Of a stretch of DNA of 64,000 nucleotides, positions 18,968 to 29,967 are shown piece after piece. Source of the stretch: Alphaproteobacteria bacterium (lineage in GTDB: Bacteria; Pseudomonadota; Alphaproteobacteria; JAAXGF01). Made by a program: the position numbers and the translations under genes. The notes below the pieces were generated by a model, which did not search any database, was not told the origin of the DNA, and saw only the letters and a program-made list of their open reading frames with translations. How positions within the stretch are numbered: position 1 is the stretch's first letter; the number at the start of each line of letters is the position of its first letter. Location: NCBI GenBank assembly GCA_963555825.3, contig CAUVXB020000002.1, positions 256,001 to 320,000 of the forward strand. The letters run 5' to 3'.

Positions 18968-19582
18968 CTAGCCGCGCCGCTTGGCGCGCGCCGCCGCCAG
19001 CGTCCAGGCGGTCCACAGGCAGTAAACCGCCGCGCCGATGCCGCTTAAGACAAAGAACGGCGCGAGCCAGCCGAGCCAGGTGATCGGTGCAATCAGGTAG
19101 ATGCCGTCCTCGAGTTCGAAGCCGGCGACGCCCGGATAGCCGACCGCATCGCCGTCGGCGAGGCCGGCCTCCTTGTCGAGCGCGAGGTTGACGAACAGCG
19201 ATATCAGCGCCGAGGCCGCGCCCGCCGCGCCCAGCAGATACGCCCAGCCGCCCAGCGCGCCGTCGGCCAGCCCGACGCCGATACCGGCGAACAGCGCGGC
19301 ATAGCTCAGGCCGCCGGAAACGTAATCGAAGTAATAGCCGAAGCGCGAAGTCTTGCCGGTCAGCCGCGCCAACTCGCCGTCGAAATGGTCGAGGAAGCGG
19401 GCCAGCACGAACAGCGCCGCGCCCCAGTTCGCGGCGAACGGATCGCCCTCGGCGAGCAGCCCGGCGCCGGCGAGCGCAAGCGCCAGCGACAGCGCCGTCA
19501 GGTGATTGGGCGAGAGCGGCGTGCGCGCCAGCGGCCGGACGAGGACGCGGGCGATACGCTGGTCGTAGGGCGGTTTTTCCAA
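18968..19582 (-). CDS. CDP-alcohol phosphatidyltransferase family protein
   Basis: SPNHLT...LDHFDGELARLTGKTSRFGYYFD motif; hydrophobic. Confidence 0.88.
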   Translation of the reverse strand: MEKPPYDQRIARVLVRPLARTPLSPNHLTALSLALALAGAGLLAEGDPFAANWGAALFVLARFLDHFDGELARLTGKTSRFGYYFDYVSGGLSYAALFAGIGVGLADGALGGWAYLLGAAGAASALISLFVNLALDKEAGLADGDAVGYPGVAGFELEDGIYLIAPITWLGWLAPFFVLSGIGAAVYCLWTAWTLAAARAKRRG

Positions 19583-19781
19583 GGGGCATCCCGGCTCGAT
19601 TGTCGGCGGCGGCCAACCTGCGACCCGGCCGAGGCGATGTCAACCCGACATGAACCGGTGGCGCCCGCCGACGACACAGTGCGCGGGGTCGGCGACGAAT
19701 GGTGGACGGCGCGGCGAGATTGGCTATGCTTGTCGCCTTATCGTGATGAAACGCGGAGGGCGCGTCGGGCGCCGGCAAGCC

Positions 19782-20144
19782 ATGCGGGGTAGAACCGACT
19801 TCCTGTCGTTGATGGTTCCGGGTTCGGTGCTCGCGCTGGCGCTCGCCGTCGTGCTGGGCGACCTCTCGCATCTGCTCGAGGAAGGCGGCTGGTATGCCGT
19901 CCTCGGCCAATTCATGGCCGTCGCGACGACGCTGATCATGATCGCCATCGGCGGCGTCTTGGTCGTCACGCTGCTCGCCCTGCCCTTCGTGTTTTGCTTC
20001 GGCATCTATCAAGAGCTGCGGCGCCCGAACGAACCGCTGGCGCCGCGTGCCCGGTTCTATCGCGCCGCCAACATCGTCTGGAAGACGGCCTGGTGGTGCT
20101 GGTGGTACCTCACCGGCCGTCGTTCGGCCGTCGACGGTAGCTGA
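19782..20144 (+). CDS. Small hypothetical membrane protein
   Basis: Two hydrophobic helices and host-like codon use. 3' end overlaps the convergent EamA gene by about 35 nt. Confidence 0.45.
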   Translation: MRGRTDFLSLMVPGSVLALALAVVLGDLSHLLEEGGWYAVLGQFMAVATTLIMIAIGGVLVVTLLALPFVFCFGIYQELRRPNEPLAPRARFYRAANIVWKTAWWCWWYLTGRRSAVDGS

Positions 20145-21000
20145 TCGCGACGACGTTGCCGCCGAGCACCAGCAACAGCCCGGCGCCCGCCACCCAGCCC
20201 CAGTCGAAACCTTCGAACAGCGTCGAGAGACCGAGCGCAATCAACGGATTGACGATGTTGACATAGGCGACGCGGTCGGCGCCGATGCGGCCGAGCAGCG
20301 TGAGATAGCAACCGAAGCCGACGACCGAGCCGAGCACCGACAAGTGCGCCAGCGACACGACATAGGGCCATGACCAGTCGAACGCCAGCGGCTGACCGCG
20401 CACCAGCGCGATCAGCAGCGTGAACCCGGCGCCGTAGGCCATGCTGACCGCATTGGTCTGTACGACCCGCATGCCGGCCAATTGGTTGCGCGCCGAGACA
20501 ATGTTGCCGAGCGAGACGAAAATCGTCGCGACGATAGCGATCGCGAGGCCCAGTGGCGTCGCGTGCGCCGCGGCCGGGCCGACCAGCTCGGGCCAGAAAA
20601 CGAGGCCGATGCCGCCGACGCCGATGACGCCGCCGGCAAGCACCCTCAACCGCACCGGGCTCTTGAGGAACAGCGCGCCGAACAAGATGTTGAACAGGAT
20701 GGTCGACGAGAAGACCAGCGCGACCAGGCCGGTCGTCACCTGGCCGACGGCGGTATAGTAGAGGATGTAGTTGAGGCAAAACAGCAGCAGGCCGAGCAGG
20801 GCGGCGAAGCCGTGGGCGCGGCGGTCGAAGCGGAACCGCAGGCCGCGCACGGCGCAATAGGCAAACAGGATCATCGACGCGAGCCCGAACCGGTAGGCGA
20901 CCGAAAGCTCGGGCGCGACGTCGCCGACCTGGAACTTGATGGCGAACCAAGTGGTGCCCCAAATCAGCGCCGTCGCCACATAGAGGGCGGCATTGCCCAT
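20110..21000 (-). CDS. EamA/DMT family transporter
   Basis: About 10 TM helices; [20 protein letters not shown]. Confidence 0.88.
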   Translation of the reverse strand: MGNAALYVATALIWGTTWFAIKFQVGDVAPELSVAYRFGLASMILFAYCAVRGLRFRFDRRAHGFAALLGLLLFCLNYILYYTAVGQVTTGLVALVFSSTILFNILFGALFLKSPVRLRVLAGGVIGVGGIGLVFWPELVGPAAAHATPLGLAIAIVATIFVSLGNIVSARNQLAGMRVVQTNAVSMAYGAGFTLLIALVRGQPLAFDWSWPYVVSLAHLSVLGSVVGFGCYLTLLGRIGADRVAYVNIVNPLIALGLSTLFEGFDWGWVAGAGLLLVLGGNVVAISYRRRPNDGR

Positions 21001-21046
21001 GCGCGGCCCCTCGATACCGAAGTTTTGCGCGGCGCCGTGCGATCGG

Positions 21047-21559
21047 CTATTCGACGATAACCTGATGCGCGAACGCGTCGCCGTCCGAGATCGTGATCTG
21101 GGCGAAGCCCAACAGTTTGGCCAGATCGAAGAAGGTGATGAAGTCCTGCAACCCGTGCTCGATGATGAAGCGCGACGAGCGCGCCACCGAGGTCAGCATG
21201 GCGAACAGCGCCCGCGCCCGATAGAGCGTGTCGATATAGTCGTCGCGCAGGGCGACGATGATCAGTTTTTCGGCCTCCGCGCCCTTGACGAAAACGGCGA
21301 AGCCAGGCGGATACGGTCGGTTCAGCATCTTGTTGGTCAGGGTGACGATGAAGCCGATGCGCATCTCGCGATTGGCCTCGCCGAGGGTCAGCGTGCGCGC
21401 CTTGTAGGTCTCGCTCGTCGCCGGTTCGGGATAGTAGTAGCCGGCGTGGCGGTCGGCGGCCACCGCGGGCGCCGCCAGGCAAGACAGCAACATGGCCGCG
21501 GCCAAAAGCCCGTAGTGACCATGCTCCCGACAAAACCAACTGAACGAGCGCGATATCAT
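21047..21559 (-). CDS. Secreted hypothetical protein
   Basis: Signal peptide then [11 protein letters not shown]...[10 protein letters not shown]; divergent from nadK. Confidence 0.7.
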   Translation of the reverse strand: MISRSFSWFCREHGHYGLLAAAMLLSCLAAPAVAADRHAGYYYPEPATSETYKARTLTLGEANREMRIGFIVTLTNKMLNRPYPPGFAVFVKGAEAEKLIIVALRDDYIDTLYRARALFAMLTSVARSSRFIIEHGLQDFITFFDLAKLLGFAQITISDGDAFAHQVIVE

Positions 21560-21718
21560 ATGACCCTCCCGGTCCCAAAACGCGCCGCGAGTTTGCGCGG
21601 CGTCAGCCGATTTGTCACTGTGAAACGCCGACGGACTGGCAGCCCAGCCGCCATGGGTTATACTGCGGTCAGAACGCACAACGGCTCCGCAGACGGGCCG
21701 CAACATCGGGGACCATCA

Positions 21719-22486
21719 ATGAAATACGAAAAGGTTGCCATCGTTTCGAGCGGCTCGCCCAAGGCGCAGGAAGGTGGGAAACTGCTGCAAAAACGCTACG
21801 CTACCGCCAATCCCGAGGACGCCGATGTCATCGTCGCACTGGGCGGTGATGGGTTCATGCTCGAGTCGCTGCACGGCTTCCTCGATCGCGGCGTGCCGAT
21901 CTACGGCATGAACCGCGGCTCGGTTGGTTTCTTGATGAACGATTACAACGAAGACGATCTGATCGAACGTCTCGAGGTCGCCGAGGCAACCGTGCTGCAC
22001 CCCTTGCAGATGATCGCCAAGAGCGTCGAAGGCACCACCACCACGGCGCTCGCGATCAACGAGGTGTCGGTGCTGCGCCAATCCCGCCAGGCAGCCAAAA
22101 TCCGGATCAGCATCGACGGCCGGGTGCGCACGCCCGAGCTGATCTGCGACGGCGTGCTGGTCGCGACGGCCGCCGGCAGCACCGCCTACAATCTCTCGGC
22201 GCACGGCCCGATCTTGCCGGTCGGCTCCGACATCATGGCGCTGACGCCGATCTCGGCGTTCCGACCGCGGCGCTGGCATGGCGCTCTGCTGCCGGCCCAC
22301 GCCAAGATCAATTTCGAGGTATTGGAGAACTACAAGCGCCCGGTCAGCGCGGTCGCCGATTACACCGAGGTGCGCAACGTCGTCGAGGTCGACGTCGAGG
22401 AGCGGCGCGATATCTCGCTGCAAATCCTGTTCGACCCTGGCCACGGCCTCGAGGAACGCATCATTAACGAGCAGTTCACGGACTGA
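21719..22486 (+). CDS. nadK: NAD kinase
   Basis: [36 protein letters not shown]. Confidence 0.93.
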   Translation: MKYEKVAIVSSGSPKAQEGGKLLQKRYATANPEDADVIVALGGDGFMLESLHGFLDRGVPIYGMNRGSVGFLMNDYNEDDLIERLEVAEATVLHPLQMIAKSVEGTTTTALAINEVSVLRQSRQAAKIRISIDGRVRTPELICDGVLVATAAGSTAYNLSAHGPILPVGSDIMALTPISAFRPRRWHGALLPAHAKINFEVLENYKRPVSAVADYTEVRNVVEVDVEERRDISLQILFDPGHGLEERIINEQFTD

Positions 22487-22505
22487 TCCTTGGAGTAACG
22501 CGCCG

Positions 22506-23111
22506 ATGGCCGAGCCCGCGCCTCCAAAGCCGAGCACCGCCGGGGGCATTCTGGCCATCATCGCCGCCGATGATTGGCGCATGCGCGCCCTGTCGGCCGT
22601 GCGCGCGCTTGCGCTCCCCGATTGCTGGATCGGCGCGGGTTTCTTACGCGCCGCCGTTTGGGACCGGCTCCATGGCTTCGCCCGCGCGACACCGCTCGAC
22701 GACGTCGACGTCGTCTATTTCGACCCGGAGCTGGCGACGCGCGAGGCCGATGCCGCGCACGAGCGCCGGCTCGCCGAAATCTGGGACGGCGGTGCCGCGC
22801 CCGTGCCCTGGCAGGGGCGCAACCAGGCGCGCATGCATCTCACGAAGGGCGACGCGCCATATGCCGACACCGCCGATTCTCTGCGTCATTGGCTCGAGAC
22901 ACCGACCGCGGTCGCCGTGCGCCTGACCGACCGGGACCGGCTCGAACTGCTCGCGCCACTGGGGATCGACGATTTACTGGCCATGCGCGTCGCGCCGACG
23001 CCTTACGCGCGCGACAAGCAGGCCGCCCGCTACGTCGCGCGGGTCACGACAAAACACTGGTCTCGGCAATGGCCCCGGCTCGAAATCGTCCTGCCGCCGG
23101 GTTTCGGCTAG
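22506..23111 (+). CDS. Nucleotidyltransferase family protein (DUF925-like)
   Basis: [14 protein letters not shown]...[25 protein letters not shown]. Confidence 0.82.
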   Translation: MAEPAPPKPSTAGGILAIIAADDWRMRALSAVRALALPDCWIGAGFLRAAVWDRLHGFARATPLDDVDVVYFDPELATREADAAHERRLAEIWDGGAAPVPWQGRNQARMHLTKGDAPYADTADSLRHWLETPTAVAVRLTDRDRLELLAPLGIDDLLAMRVAPTPYARDKQAARYVARVTTKHWSRQWPRLEIVLPPGFG

Positions 23112-24319
23112 GCGGCGCGCGGCAACTCCAGTTGCGTCCAGACCGTGATGAGCGCCGCGAGCAGCGCGCCCATCATCGCGTCGGTGTGCACCGGCGACGG
23201 CGTGATGCGCAGGCGTTCGGTGCCGCGCGGCACCGTCGGGTAGTTGATCGGCTGGATGTAGATGCCGTGCGCCTCGAGCAGCATATCGGTGACGCGCTTG
23301 CACTTGACCGGGTCGCCGACCAGCACCGGCACGATATGCGTCTCGGACGGCATCAGCGGCAAGCCGGCGTCGGTCAGCATCGCCTTGAGCGTCGCCGCGC
23401 GTTCCTGGTGACGCGCGCGCTCCGCCCCGCTCGCCTTGAGATGGCGCACCGACGCGAGCGCCGCCGCGCAGAGTGCCGGCGGCAGCGCGGTGGTGAAGAT
23501 GAACGGCGTCGCGAAGCTGCGGATCGCGTCGACGATCGGTGACGCCGCCGCAATGTAGCCGCCGAGCACGCCGTACGCCTTGGCGAGCGTACCGTTGATC
23601 ACCGTGACGCGGTCCATCAGTCCACGTGCCTCGGCGACGCCGCCGCCGCGTGGGCCGTAGAGGCCGACCGCGTGCACCTCGTCGAGATAGGTCATCGCGC
23701 CGTGGCGATCGGCGATATCGCACAGATCGGCGATCGGCGCGGTGTCGCCATCCATTGAATAGACCGACTCGAAGGCGATCAGCTTCGGCGCATCAGGCGG
23801 CGAATCGCGCAACAGCTCTTCGAGATGGGCCACGTCGTTGTGCCCGAAGATGCGTTTTTCGGCGCGGCTGTTCCGGATGCCATCGATCATCGAGGCATGG
23901 TTCCACGCATCGGAGTAGATGATGCAGTCGGGCATCAGGCCGGCAAGCGTCCCGAGCGACGCCAGGTTCGCGACGTAGCCCGAGGTGAACACCAAGGCCG
24001 AAGGTTTGCCGTGCAGATCGGCGAGCTCGCGCTCGAGCGCAACCAGCGGATGCGAGGTGCCCGCGATATTGCGCGTGCCACCCGCGCCGGCGCCGTATTC
24101 GGCGACAGCCTGCGTCATCGCGTCGAGCACGATCGGGCTCTGGCCCATGCCGAGATAGTCGTTCGAGCACCAGACCACGACGTCGTCGGCCACCGCGTCG
24201 CCGTGGTGCGCGGCGAGCGGGAACCGACCCGCGTGCCGCGCCAGCTCGGCGAACACCCGGTAACGACCCTCGGCCTTGAGGCCGCCCAGCTTGTCGGCAA
24301 AAAACCGCTCGTAATCCAT
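23108..24319 (-). CDS. hemA: 5-aminolevulinate synthase
   Basis: [54 protein letters not shown]. Confidence 0.95.
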   Translation of the reverse strand: MDYERFFADKLGGLKAEGRYRVFAELARHAGRFPLAAHHGDAVADDVVVWCSNDYLGMGQSPIVLDAMTQAVAEYGAGAGGTRNIAGTSHPLVALERELADLHGKPSALVFTSGYVANLASLGTLAGLMPDCIIYSDAWNHASMIDGIRNSRAEKRIFGHNDVAHLEELLRDSPPDAPKLIAFESVYSMDGDTAPIADLCDIADRHGAMTYLDEVHAVGLYGPRGGGVAEARGLMDRVTVINGTLAKAYGVLGGYIAAASPIVDAIRSFATPFIFTTALPPALCAAALASVRHLKASGAERARHQERAATLKAMLTDAGLPLMPSETHIVPVLVGDPVKCKRVTDMLLEAHGIYIQPINYPTVPRGTERLRITPSPVHTDAMMGALLAALITVWTQLELPRAA

Positions 24320-24509
24320 CGTCCATCCTCCCCCGGGGCGCGGCAGCGCCGCGTCCATCGGTATTCATACAATACTGCCGCCTTTCGCCGGTACAATCTT
24401 TGATCGAGGTCATCATGTCCGGCGCCGGCGCGCGACACGGGTGAATTGCCTCGCACCGCTGTTTGGCACGCGCTAATCTTCGGTACATCGGTACAACGGG
24501 GAGCGAACA

Positions 24510-25469
24510 TTGCCGGACAACGCCGAGTATCTGCCGGCGATCGAAATCGAGCCGCGCGACATTGGCCCGTTTCGCCAGGGCAACACCGGCATCGACTATG
24601 TCACGACCTTCGATTCGGGACGGCCGGGTCCGCATGTCATGGTCAACGCCCTGACCCATGGCAACGAGTTGAGCGGCGCCCATGCGGTCGGGTTCCTGTT
24701 CGATCACGCGGTGCGGCCGAGCCGCGGCAGGCTGACGCTCAGCTTTGCCAACGTCGCCGCGTATCTCAGCTTCGACCCAGATTCGCCCTTCGAATCGCGT
24801 TTCTTCGACGAGGACTTCAATCGCGTCTGGGATGAAGCGACGCTCGACGGCCCGCGCGACAGCGTCGAACTCGAGCGGGCGCGCGCGATCAGGCCCATCG
24901 TCGACACCGTCGACATGTTGCTCGACCTGCACTCGACCGCGCTGCCGATGGCGCCGATGATGCTCTGCGGCATGCGCGACAAGGGCCTTGCGCTGGCCCG
25001 CGGCATCGGCAGTCCGGCGCATGTCGTGATCGACGCCGGCCACGCCGCCGGCAGGCGGCTGCGCGATTACGCGCCGTTCGACGACCCCGCGGTCGACGCG
25101 GCTGCCACGTTGGTCGAATGCGGCCAGCATTTCGAGCGCGCCGCGAACGACGTCGCGATCGACACCACCCTGCGCTTCCTGCGCCATTGCGATGTCGTCG
25201 ACGCCGGTTTCGTCACCGAACACGTTCCGGACACGGCCGGGCCCCAGATGATCATCCGCGTCAGCGAGGCGGTGACCATCGAGACCGACCGTTTCGCCTT
25301 CACCAACGACCTCGCCGGCTTCGAGGTCATCGCCGAGGCCGGCACGCTGATCGGCCACGACGGCGACCGCGAGGTGCGCACGCCCTACGACAACTGCGTC
25401 ATGGTCATGCCCGGGCGCGACCTGAAGAAAGGCCTTACCGCGGTCCGTTTGGGACGGATCGTCGACTGA
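24510..25469 (+). CDS. Succinylglutamate desuccinylase/aspartoacylase (M14-like) family protein
   Basis: HGNE, DFNRVW, LDLHS, VECGQH. Confidence 0.85.
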   Translation: MPDNAEYLPAIEIEPRDIGPFRQGNTGIDYVTTFDSGRPGPHVMVNALTHGNELSGAHAVGFLFDHAVRPSRGRLTLSFANVAAYLSFDPDSPFESRFFDEDFNRVWDEATLDGPRDSVELERARAIRPIVDTVDMLLDLHSTALPMAPMMLCGMRDKGLALARGIGSPAHVVIDAGHAAGRRLRDYAPFDDPAVDAAATLVECGQHFERAANDVAIDTTLRFLRHCDVVDAGFVTEHVPDTAGPQMIIRVSEAVTIETDRFAFTNDLAGFEVIAEAGTLIGHDGDREVRTPYDNCVMVMPGRDLKKGLTAVRLGRIVD

Positions 25470-26028
25470 AATCAAGCATCAGCGCGGCGAGCTCGTCGTC
25501 GAGCGCCTCGAGATCGAGCAGCGCGAGGTAGGGATCGCTCTCGAGCCCGAGGCATTGCGCGAAGGCCGGCTCGGTCTTCACCCCCGATCGCTTGAGCGCG
25601 ACGATCCGCCGCCGAAGCGCGGCCCCGCCGAGTGCCAGGAGGCGCGCCTCGATGACCATGTGGCGGTAGGCGCTTTGGCGCTCGGCCGGCAGTGGCTGGC
25701 CGAACGGCTCGATGATGAAACCGCCGTGGACGAACGAGGCGGTCATCGACGCCCCGCCCATGCGCCGCCGCGGCGCGGTCACGCGAAAACCGTCGCAATG
25801 ACCGAATCCGGCCGCAAGATCGGCCTCGAAACGCGCGAAGTCGTGGACCTCGCAGAGAATGTCCAGATCGCTGCCGGCGACGTCGATGTCCAGCGGCACC
25901 GTACCCGCGAGCACCGGACCATAACCGGCCAGTCGCTCGATGATGCCAAGCGCGTGAAGCGCCTGGTACGCCGCGCGTTGGCGCGCGTTACCGTCGCGCA
26001 GGTAAGCGATGTCGCGAAAATCGATCAA
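25435..26028 (-). CDS. DUF4269 family protein (nucleotidyltransferase-like)
   Basis: YLRDGNARQ, GTVPLDIDVAGSDLDI, YRHMVIE, KTEPAFA. Confidence 0.8.
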   Translation of the reverse strand: MIDFRDIAYLRDGNARQRAAYQALHALGIIERLAGYGPVLAGTVPLDIDVAGSDLDILCEVHDFARFEADLAAGFGHCDGFRVTAPRRRMGGASMTASFVHGGFIIEPFGQPLPAERQSAYRHMVIEARLLALGGAALRRRIVALKRSGVKTEPAFAQCLGLESDPYLALLDLEALDDELAALMLDFSRRSVPNGPR

Positions 26029-26037
26029 GCGGCCGGC

Positions 26038-26409
26038 TCAGCCTCCACCGCCGAGCCAGGTCGCCGCCTTATCCTCGGCCGCCTCGACTTGCGACCGGGT
26101 CATGGTCTCGGCCATCGCGTCGCGGTGGCGTGTCGCCGCCTCGATGCCCTGGGTGCCGGCCAGCGTATACCAGTGGTAGGCCTCGATCGCGTCGTCGCTT
26201 CCGCCGCCGGCGCACAGGCCGGGGTTGAGCCACGAGACGTAATAGCGGTTCGCCAGTCGGTACTGGGAGACGGCATCGCCCGACCGCGCGGCGTGCTTGA
26301 GTGCGACGATATCTTCCTCGCAGGCGGCGACGCGTGGCGCGTCACCCGGCCCGGCACAGGCGCCGAGCGCAAGCAGTACCAGCGCGGCAATGGTTCCGAA
26401 ACGTCTCAT
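26038..26409 (-). CDS. Small lipoprotein with Sel1-like repeat
   Basis: Lipobox LGAC; AARSGDAVSQYRLA...EAYHWYTLAGTQG. Confidence 0.75.
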   Translation of the reverse strand: MRRFGTIAALVLLALGACAGPGDAPRVAACEEDIVALKHAARSGDAVSQYRLANRYYVSWLNPGLCAGGGSDDAIEAYHWYTLAGTQGIEAATRHRDAMAETMTRSQVEAAEDKAATWLGGGG

Positions 26410-26484
26410 GGGCAGCCCCCCGCAGTCCCGCCGCCAGTCTAACCGACCCGCGGTACTGGCGAAAGGCGGCCCCTATACCAAGGA

Positions 26485-27330
26485 TCAGCCAGCAACGCGG
26501 AGCAGCACCACCCCAGCGGCGACGATCATGGCCGAGACGACGCGGCGATAGCCGAAGGATTCGCCCAAGAGCCGCGTGCCGATCACCGCGGCGATCACCA
26601 CGCTGGTCTCGCGCAACGCCGCGACCTGCGCCATGGCGCCCAGCCCAAGCGCCCAGATGACCAGGGCATAGGCGCCGAACGAGAGCGCGCCGCCGGCGAC
26701 GCCCGGTTTCCAGTAGCGCTCGATGTAAGACCCGAAATCGCGGCGGCGCGTGAGCGCGACGACGGCGAGGAACGGCAGCGGCTCGATGACGAAGAGCCAG
26801 CCGATATAGCCGCCGGGACTGCCCGACGCGCGAACGCCCAGACCATCGGTCACCGTGTAGCCGGCGATCGTCGCGCCGGTGGCGAGCGGATAGACGATCG
26901 AGCGCCAGCCGGCGCCGAGACCGTAGCGGCGGCTCATCAGCAGGCTCAGGATGCCCGCCGAAATCACCGCGATACCGGCGATCTCGCCGGGACTGAGCAG
27001 CTCGTCGGCGAACAGCGCGGCGCCGACGGCGACCATCAAGGGCGCCGAACCGCGCGCCAGCGGATAGGCATGCGACAGATCGCCGACCCGGTAGGAGACG
27101 ACCAGCAGGCAGAAGTACGCCGTGTGAATGGCCGCCGAAAGCGCGATGAATTTCCAGCTCTCGGGCGCCGGCGGGGCGTTCGGGAAGATCAGCAACCCGC
27201 CCAGCAGCCCGCCGACCGCGAGCACCATCGACATGGTCAGCACGCGATCCTCGCCGATCTTGACGAAGGTGTTCCACGCCGCGTGCATGACCGCGGCGAC
27301 GAGCACGACGACGACGACGACCGGCTCCAC
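26485..27330 (-). CDS. EamA/DMT family transporter
   Basis: AAVMHAAWN, GDLSHAYPLARG, VAALRETSVV. GTG start after GGGGG. Confidence 0.87.
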   Translation of the reverse strand: MEPVVVVVVLVAAVMHAAWNTFVKIGEDRVLTMSMVLAVGGLLGGLLIFPNAPPAPESWKFIALSAAIHTAYFCLLVVSYRVGDLSHAYPLARGSAPLMVAVGAALFADELLSPGEIAGIAVISAGILSLLMSRRYGLGAGWRSIVYPLATGATIAGYTVTDGLGVRASGSPGGYIGWLFVIEPLPFLAVVALTRRRDFGSYIERYWKPGVAGGALSFGAYALVIWALGLGAMAQVAALRETSVVIAAVIGTRLLGESFGYRRVVSAMIVAAGVVLLRVAG

Positions 27331-27460
27331 ATGCCCCCCTTTCCGCCCCGACGCGTGGCGCGCCACGTTAGCCGAAAGCGGACCACCTCGCCAGCCGCCG
27401 CAGTGCGCAGATGACGGCATCGTGCCGGGGCGACTATGCTTCGAGCATTGAAGACGGAAA

Positions 27461-28873
27461 ATGGGGAAGCCGATGACCGCCGAGCTATCGAGCGAAGCGC
27501 CGACAACCGGTTTGGGTTGCCCGGTGAAATCGACCCTCCACGAGCGCATCGCCGCGCGCGTGGAACGGGGATTGGCGCACGACGCGCTTGCCGGCATTCG
27601 TCAAGCGGCGATCGTCCGAGCGGTTGCGCTGCTGGTGGTCGCGGGCTGGGTGGTCGTCAACCACCCGTTTCCCCAAGCGTGGTTTTATCTCGCGATCCTG
27701 TTCATCCTCCTTGCCCTTGGCGTCGCAAATCGTCTCGCCGCCGTCGCGCTTTTCCCGGCGACTTGGCCGAGCTATCTCTTCATTCTCGCCGATTCATGCC
27801 TGGTGGCTGCCGCGCTGGCCGTGCCGAACCCGTTCGGTCCGGAGCCATGGCCGATACAGATGCATGTCCGCCATGCGCCCATATCATTCTTCTACATCTT
27901 CATCGCCGCCACACTACCGACCTACGCGCCGCGCAAGGTGCTGTGGAGCGGCGCCAGCGCCATACTCGCCTGGTCGGCGGTGCTGGTCTGGGTGGCCTGG
28001 CTTCCCGAAACCGACGTCGGCATGGGCAGCCAGCCCTTCATCGAGGACACCAGCAGCACGATTCAGGGGCCGTTCACCAATCCGTATTTCATCTATCTCG
28101 ACATGCTTTTGCGCGACCTCTTCCTCTTGGCCGTGGTAACCGGCATCCTCGCGGCCGTCGTCTGGCGCGTGCGCGCGATGGTTCTGCGCCAATCGGAGAC
28201 CGAGCGCCAGCGCGCCAATCTGGCGCGCTATTTCTCGCCAAACATGGTCGAGGAGCTGGCCGGCGCCGATCAAGGTTTCGACACGGTTCGCCAGCACGAC
28301 GCGGCGGTGTTGTTCGTCGACATGGTCGGTTTCACCGGCTTCGTCGAGTCGCATAGTCCCGAGGAAACCTTCGCCGTGCTGCGTGAGTTCCACGGCCTGA
28401 TGGCCGAGCATATCTTCGCCAACGACGGCACGCTCGACAAATACATCGGCGACGCGGTGATGGCGATCTTCGGCGTGCCGCGCGCCGGCCCACGCGACGC
28501 CGCCAACGCGCTGGCCTGCGCGCGCGCCATGCTCGCGGCGCTCGACGCGTGGAACGAGCGGCGCGCCGCGGTGGGCGAACGCCCGGTCAAGGCGACCGTC
28601 GGCGTCCATTGCGGGCCGGTGGTGGCCGGCGACATCGGCGACGAGCGGCGCCTCGAGTTCGCGGTCATCGGCGACACGGTCAATGTCGCCAGCCGGCTCG
28701 AGCACCTGACCCGCGAGCTCGCCACCGACGCGGTGTTCTCGGACGACCTGATCGTCGCCGCGCACCGCGAGCTGAGCGACGAGGGCGGGTTGTTCGACGG
28801 GCTGACGCCGGCGACACCGCAAGTGATCCGCGGCCGCGCGGCGGAACTCGCCGTCTGGACCTTGGCCGCCTAG
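27461..28873 (+). CDS. Membrane-bound class III adenylate/guanylate cyclase
   Basis: Multi-TM N-terminus; FVDMVGFT, DKYIGDAVM, IGDTVNVASRLE. Confidence 0.92.
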   Translation: MGKPMTAELSSEAPTTGLGCPVKSTLHERIAARVERGLAHDALAGIRQAAIVRAVALLVVAGWVVVNHPFPQAWFYLAILFILLALGVANRLAAVALFPATWPSYLFILADSCLVAAALAVPNPFGPEPWPIQMHVRHAPISFFYIFIAATLPTYAPRKVLWSGASAILAWSAVLVWVAWLPETDVGMGSQPFIEDTSSTIQGPFTNPYFIYLDMLLRDLFLLAVVTGILAAVVWRVRAMVLRQSETERQRANLARYFSPNMVEELAGADQGFDTVRQHDAAVLFVDMVGFTGFVESHSPEETFAVLREFHGLMAEHIFANDGTLDKYIGDAVMAIFGVPRAGPRDAANALACARAMLAALDAWNERRAAVGERPVKATVGVHCGPVVAGDIGDERRLEFAVIGDTVNVASRLEHLTRELATDAVFSDDLIVAAHRELSDEGGLFDGLTPATPQVIRGRAAELAVWTLAA

Positions 28874-29628
28874 CCGTCGAGCCAGCGGACCTCGGTCTCG
28901 ATACGGCCGTCGGCGTGCAGCCGGATGCGGCGGTAGCCCGGCGGCTCGTCGCCGATGCCCAGCTCGCCGCCCGGCGTCCGCTTGAACTGGAAGCAGGTCG
29001 AGGGCGTCGCCATCAGACGCATGGCCCCGCGGCTATCGTCGAACGGCTGGTGGATGTGGCCCCACAACAGGCCACGCACCCGCGGGTGCCGGTCGAGCAC
29101 GGCGAACAGTTCTTGCGGGTTCGCCAGGCTGACGAAGTCGCGCCAGGCGCCGCCGACGACGACCGGGTGATGGTGCAGGCAGACCAGCGCATGGCGCGCC
29201 GGGTCGTCGCCGAGTGCCGCCTCGAGTGCCGCAAGTTCGCTCTCGGCGAGTTCGCCATCGTCTTCGTCGGCGATCGCCGAATCGAGGAACACGATCTGCC
29301 AGCCGTCGGCAACAAGCCGCCGGCCGACGTGGAGGCCGTCGCCCGGCAGCACCGCGGCGAGCGTCGCCGGATGGTCGTGATTGCCGGGCAGACAGTGGAC
29401 CGGCGCACCGAGCCGGCCGGCCAGCGCCTTGAAGCGGCGATAGCTCGCCGGCGTGCCGTCCTGCGACAGATCGCCCGTCGCGAGCACAATGTCGGGCGCC
29501 TCGGCGCGGACGCGCTCGACGACCGCCGCAAGCGTCGCCTGGGTGTCGACCTCGCGCAGCCGCCCGTCCGGCTCGGCGAGCAGGTGGCAGTCGGTGATCT
29601 GGACGAGATGCAAGCTGTCTTCGGTCAT
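28870..29628 (-). CDS. cpdA: 3',5'-cyclic-nucleotide phosphodiesterase (CpdA/Icc metallophosphoesterase)
   Basis: QITDCH, TGDLSQDG, PGNHD, HHHP, GHIHQ, TPSTCFQF. Confidence 0.9.
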   Translation of the reverse strand: MTEDSLHLVQITDCHLLAEPDGRLREVDTQATLAAVVERVRAEAPDIVLATGDLSQDGTPASYRRFKALAGRLGAPVHCLPGNHDHPATLAAVLPGDGLHVGRRLVADGWQIVFLDSAIADEDDGELAESELAALEAALGDDPARHALVCLHHHPVVVGGAWRDFVSLANPQELFAVLDRHPRVRGLLWGHIHQPFDDSRGAMRLMATPSTCFQFKRTPGGELGIGDEPPGYRRIRLHADGRIETEVRWLDG

Positions 29629-29641
29629 CGGCGCGATCTTA

Positions 29642-29938
29642 TACCAAGGACCAGTGATAAAGGCCCCTAAAGATCGCGTCCGCTTTTCGCCGGGTAGGCA
29701 AGCAGCCGCGGGCGATGCAGCGCATCGGCTAGGCAACCTGGCGCCCTCCGGCGATAAGCGGACGCGACCCGAAGGGCGGCTTGCCGAGGCTCTCGCCCGC
29801 TATCAGATTGGCGGACGTCGTTGCGCCCGCCTTGCGATGCCCCTCCTATTGCCATACATCGGCATCGCCGCGACGGGCGCGCCTAGCCGAGAACCACGGC
29901 AAGCCGTCTCCATGGGTCTTTATCACTGGTCCTTGGTA
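29642..29938. mobile_element. 297-bp MITE with TACCA...TGGTA ends and TTA duplication
   Basis: About 25-bp inverted repeat TACCAAGGACCAGTGATAAAG(G/A)CCC. TTA at 29639-29641 and 29939-29941. Internal stem 29675-29693/29748-29766. Confidence 0.85.
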
Positions 29939-29967
29939 TTACCCGAACTTCTCACCATGGATTTCTG

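Noticed and set aside
22506-26028. Two nucleotidyltransferase-like genes (DUF925, DUF4269) as a CBASS or toxin-antitoxin system
   Set aside because: They are unlinked, short, embedded among housekeeping genes, and have no effector or HEPN partner.
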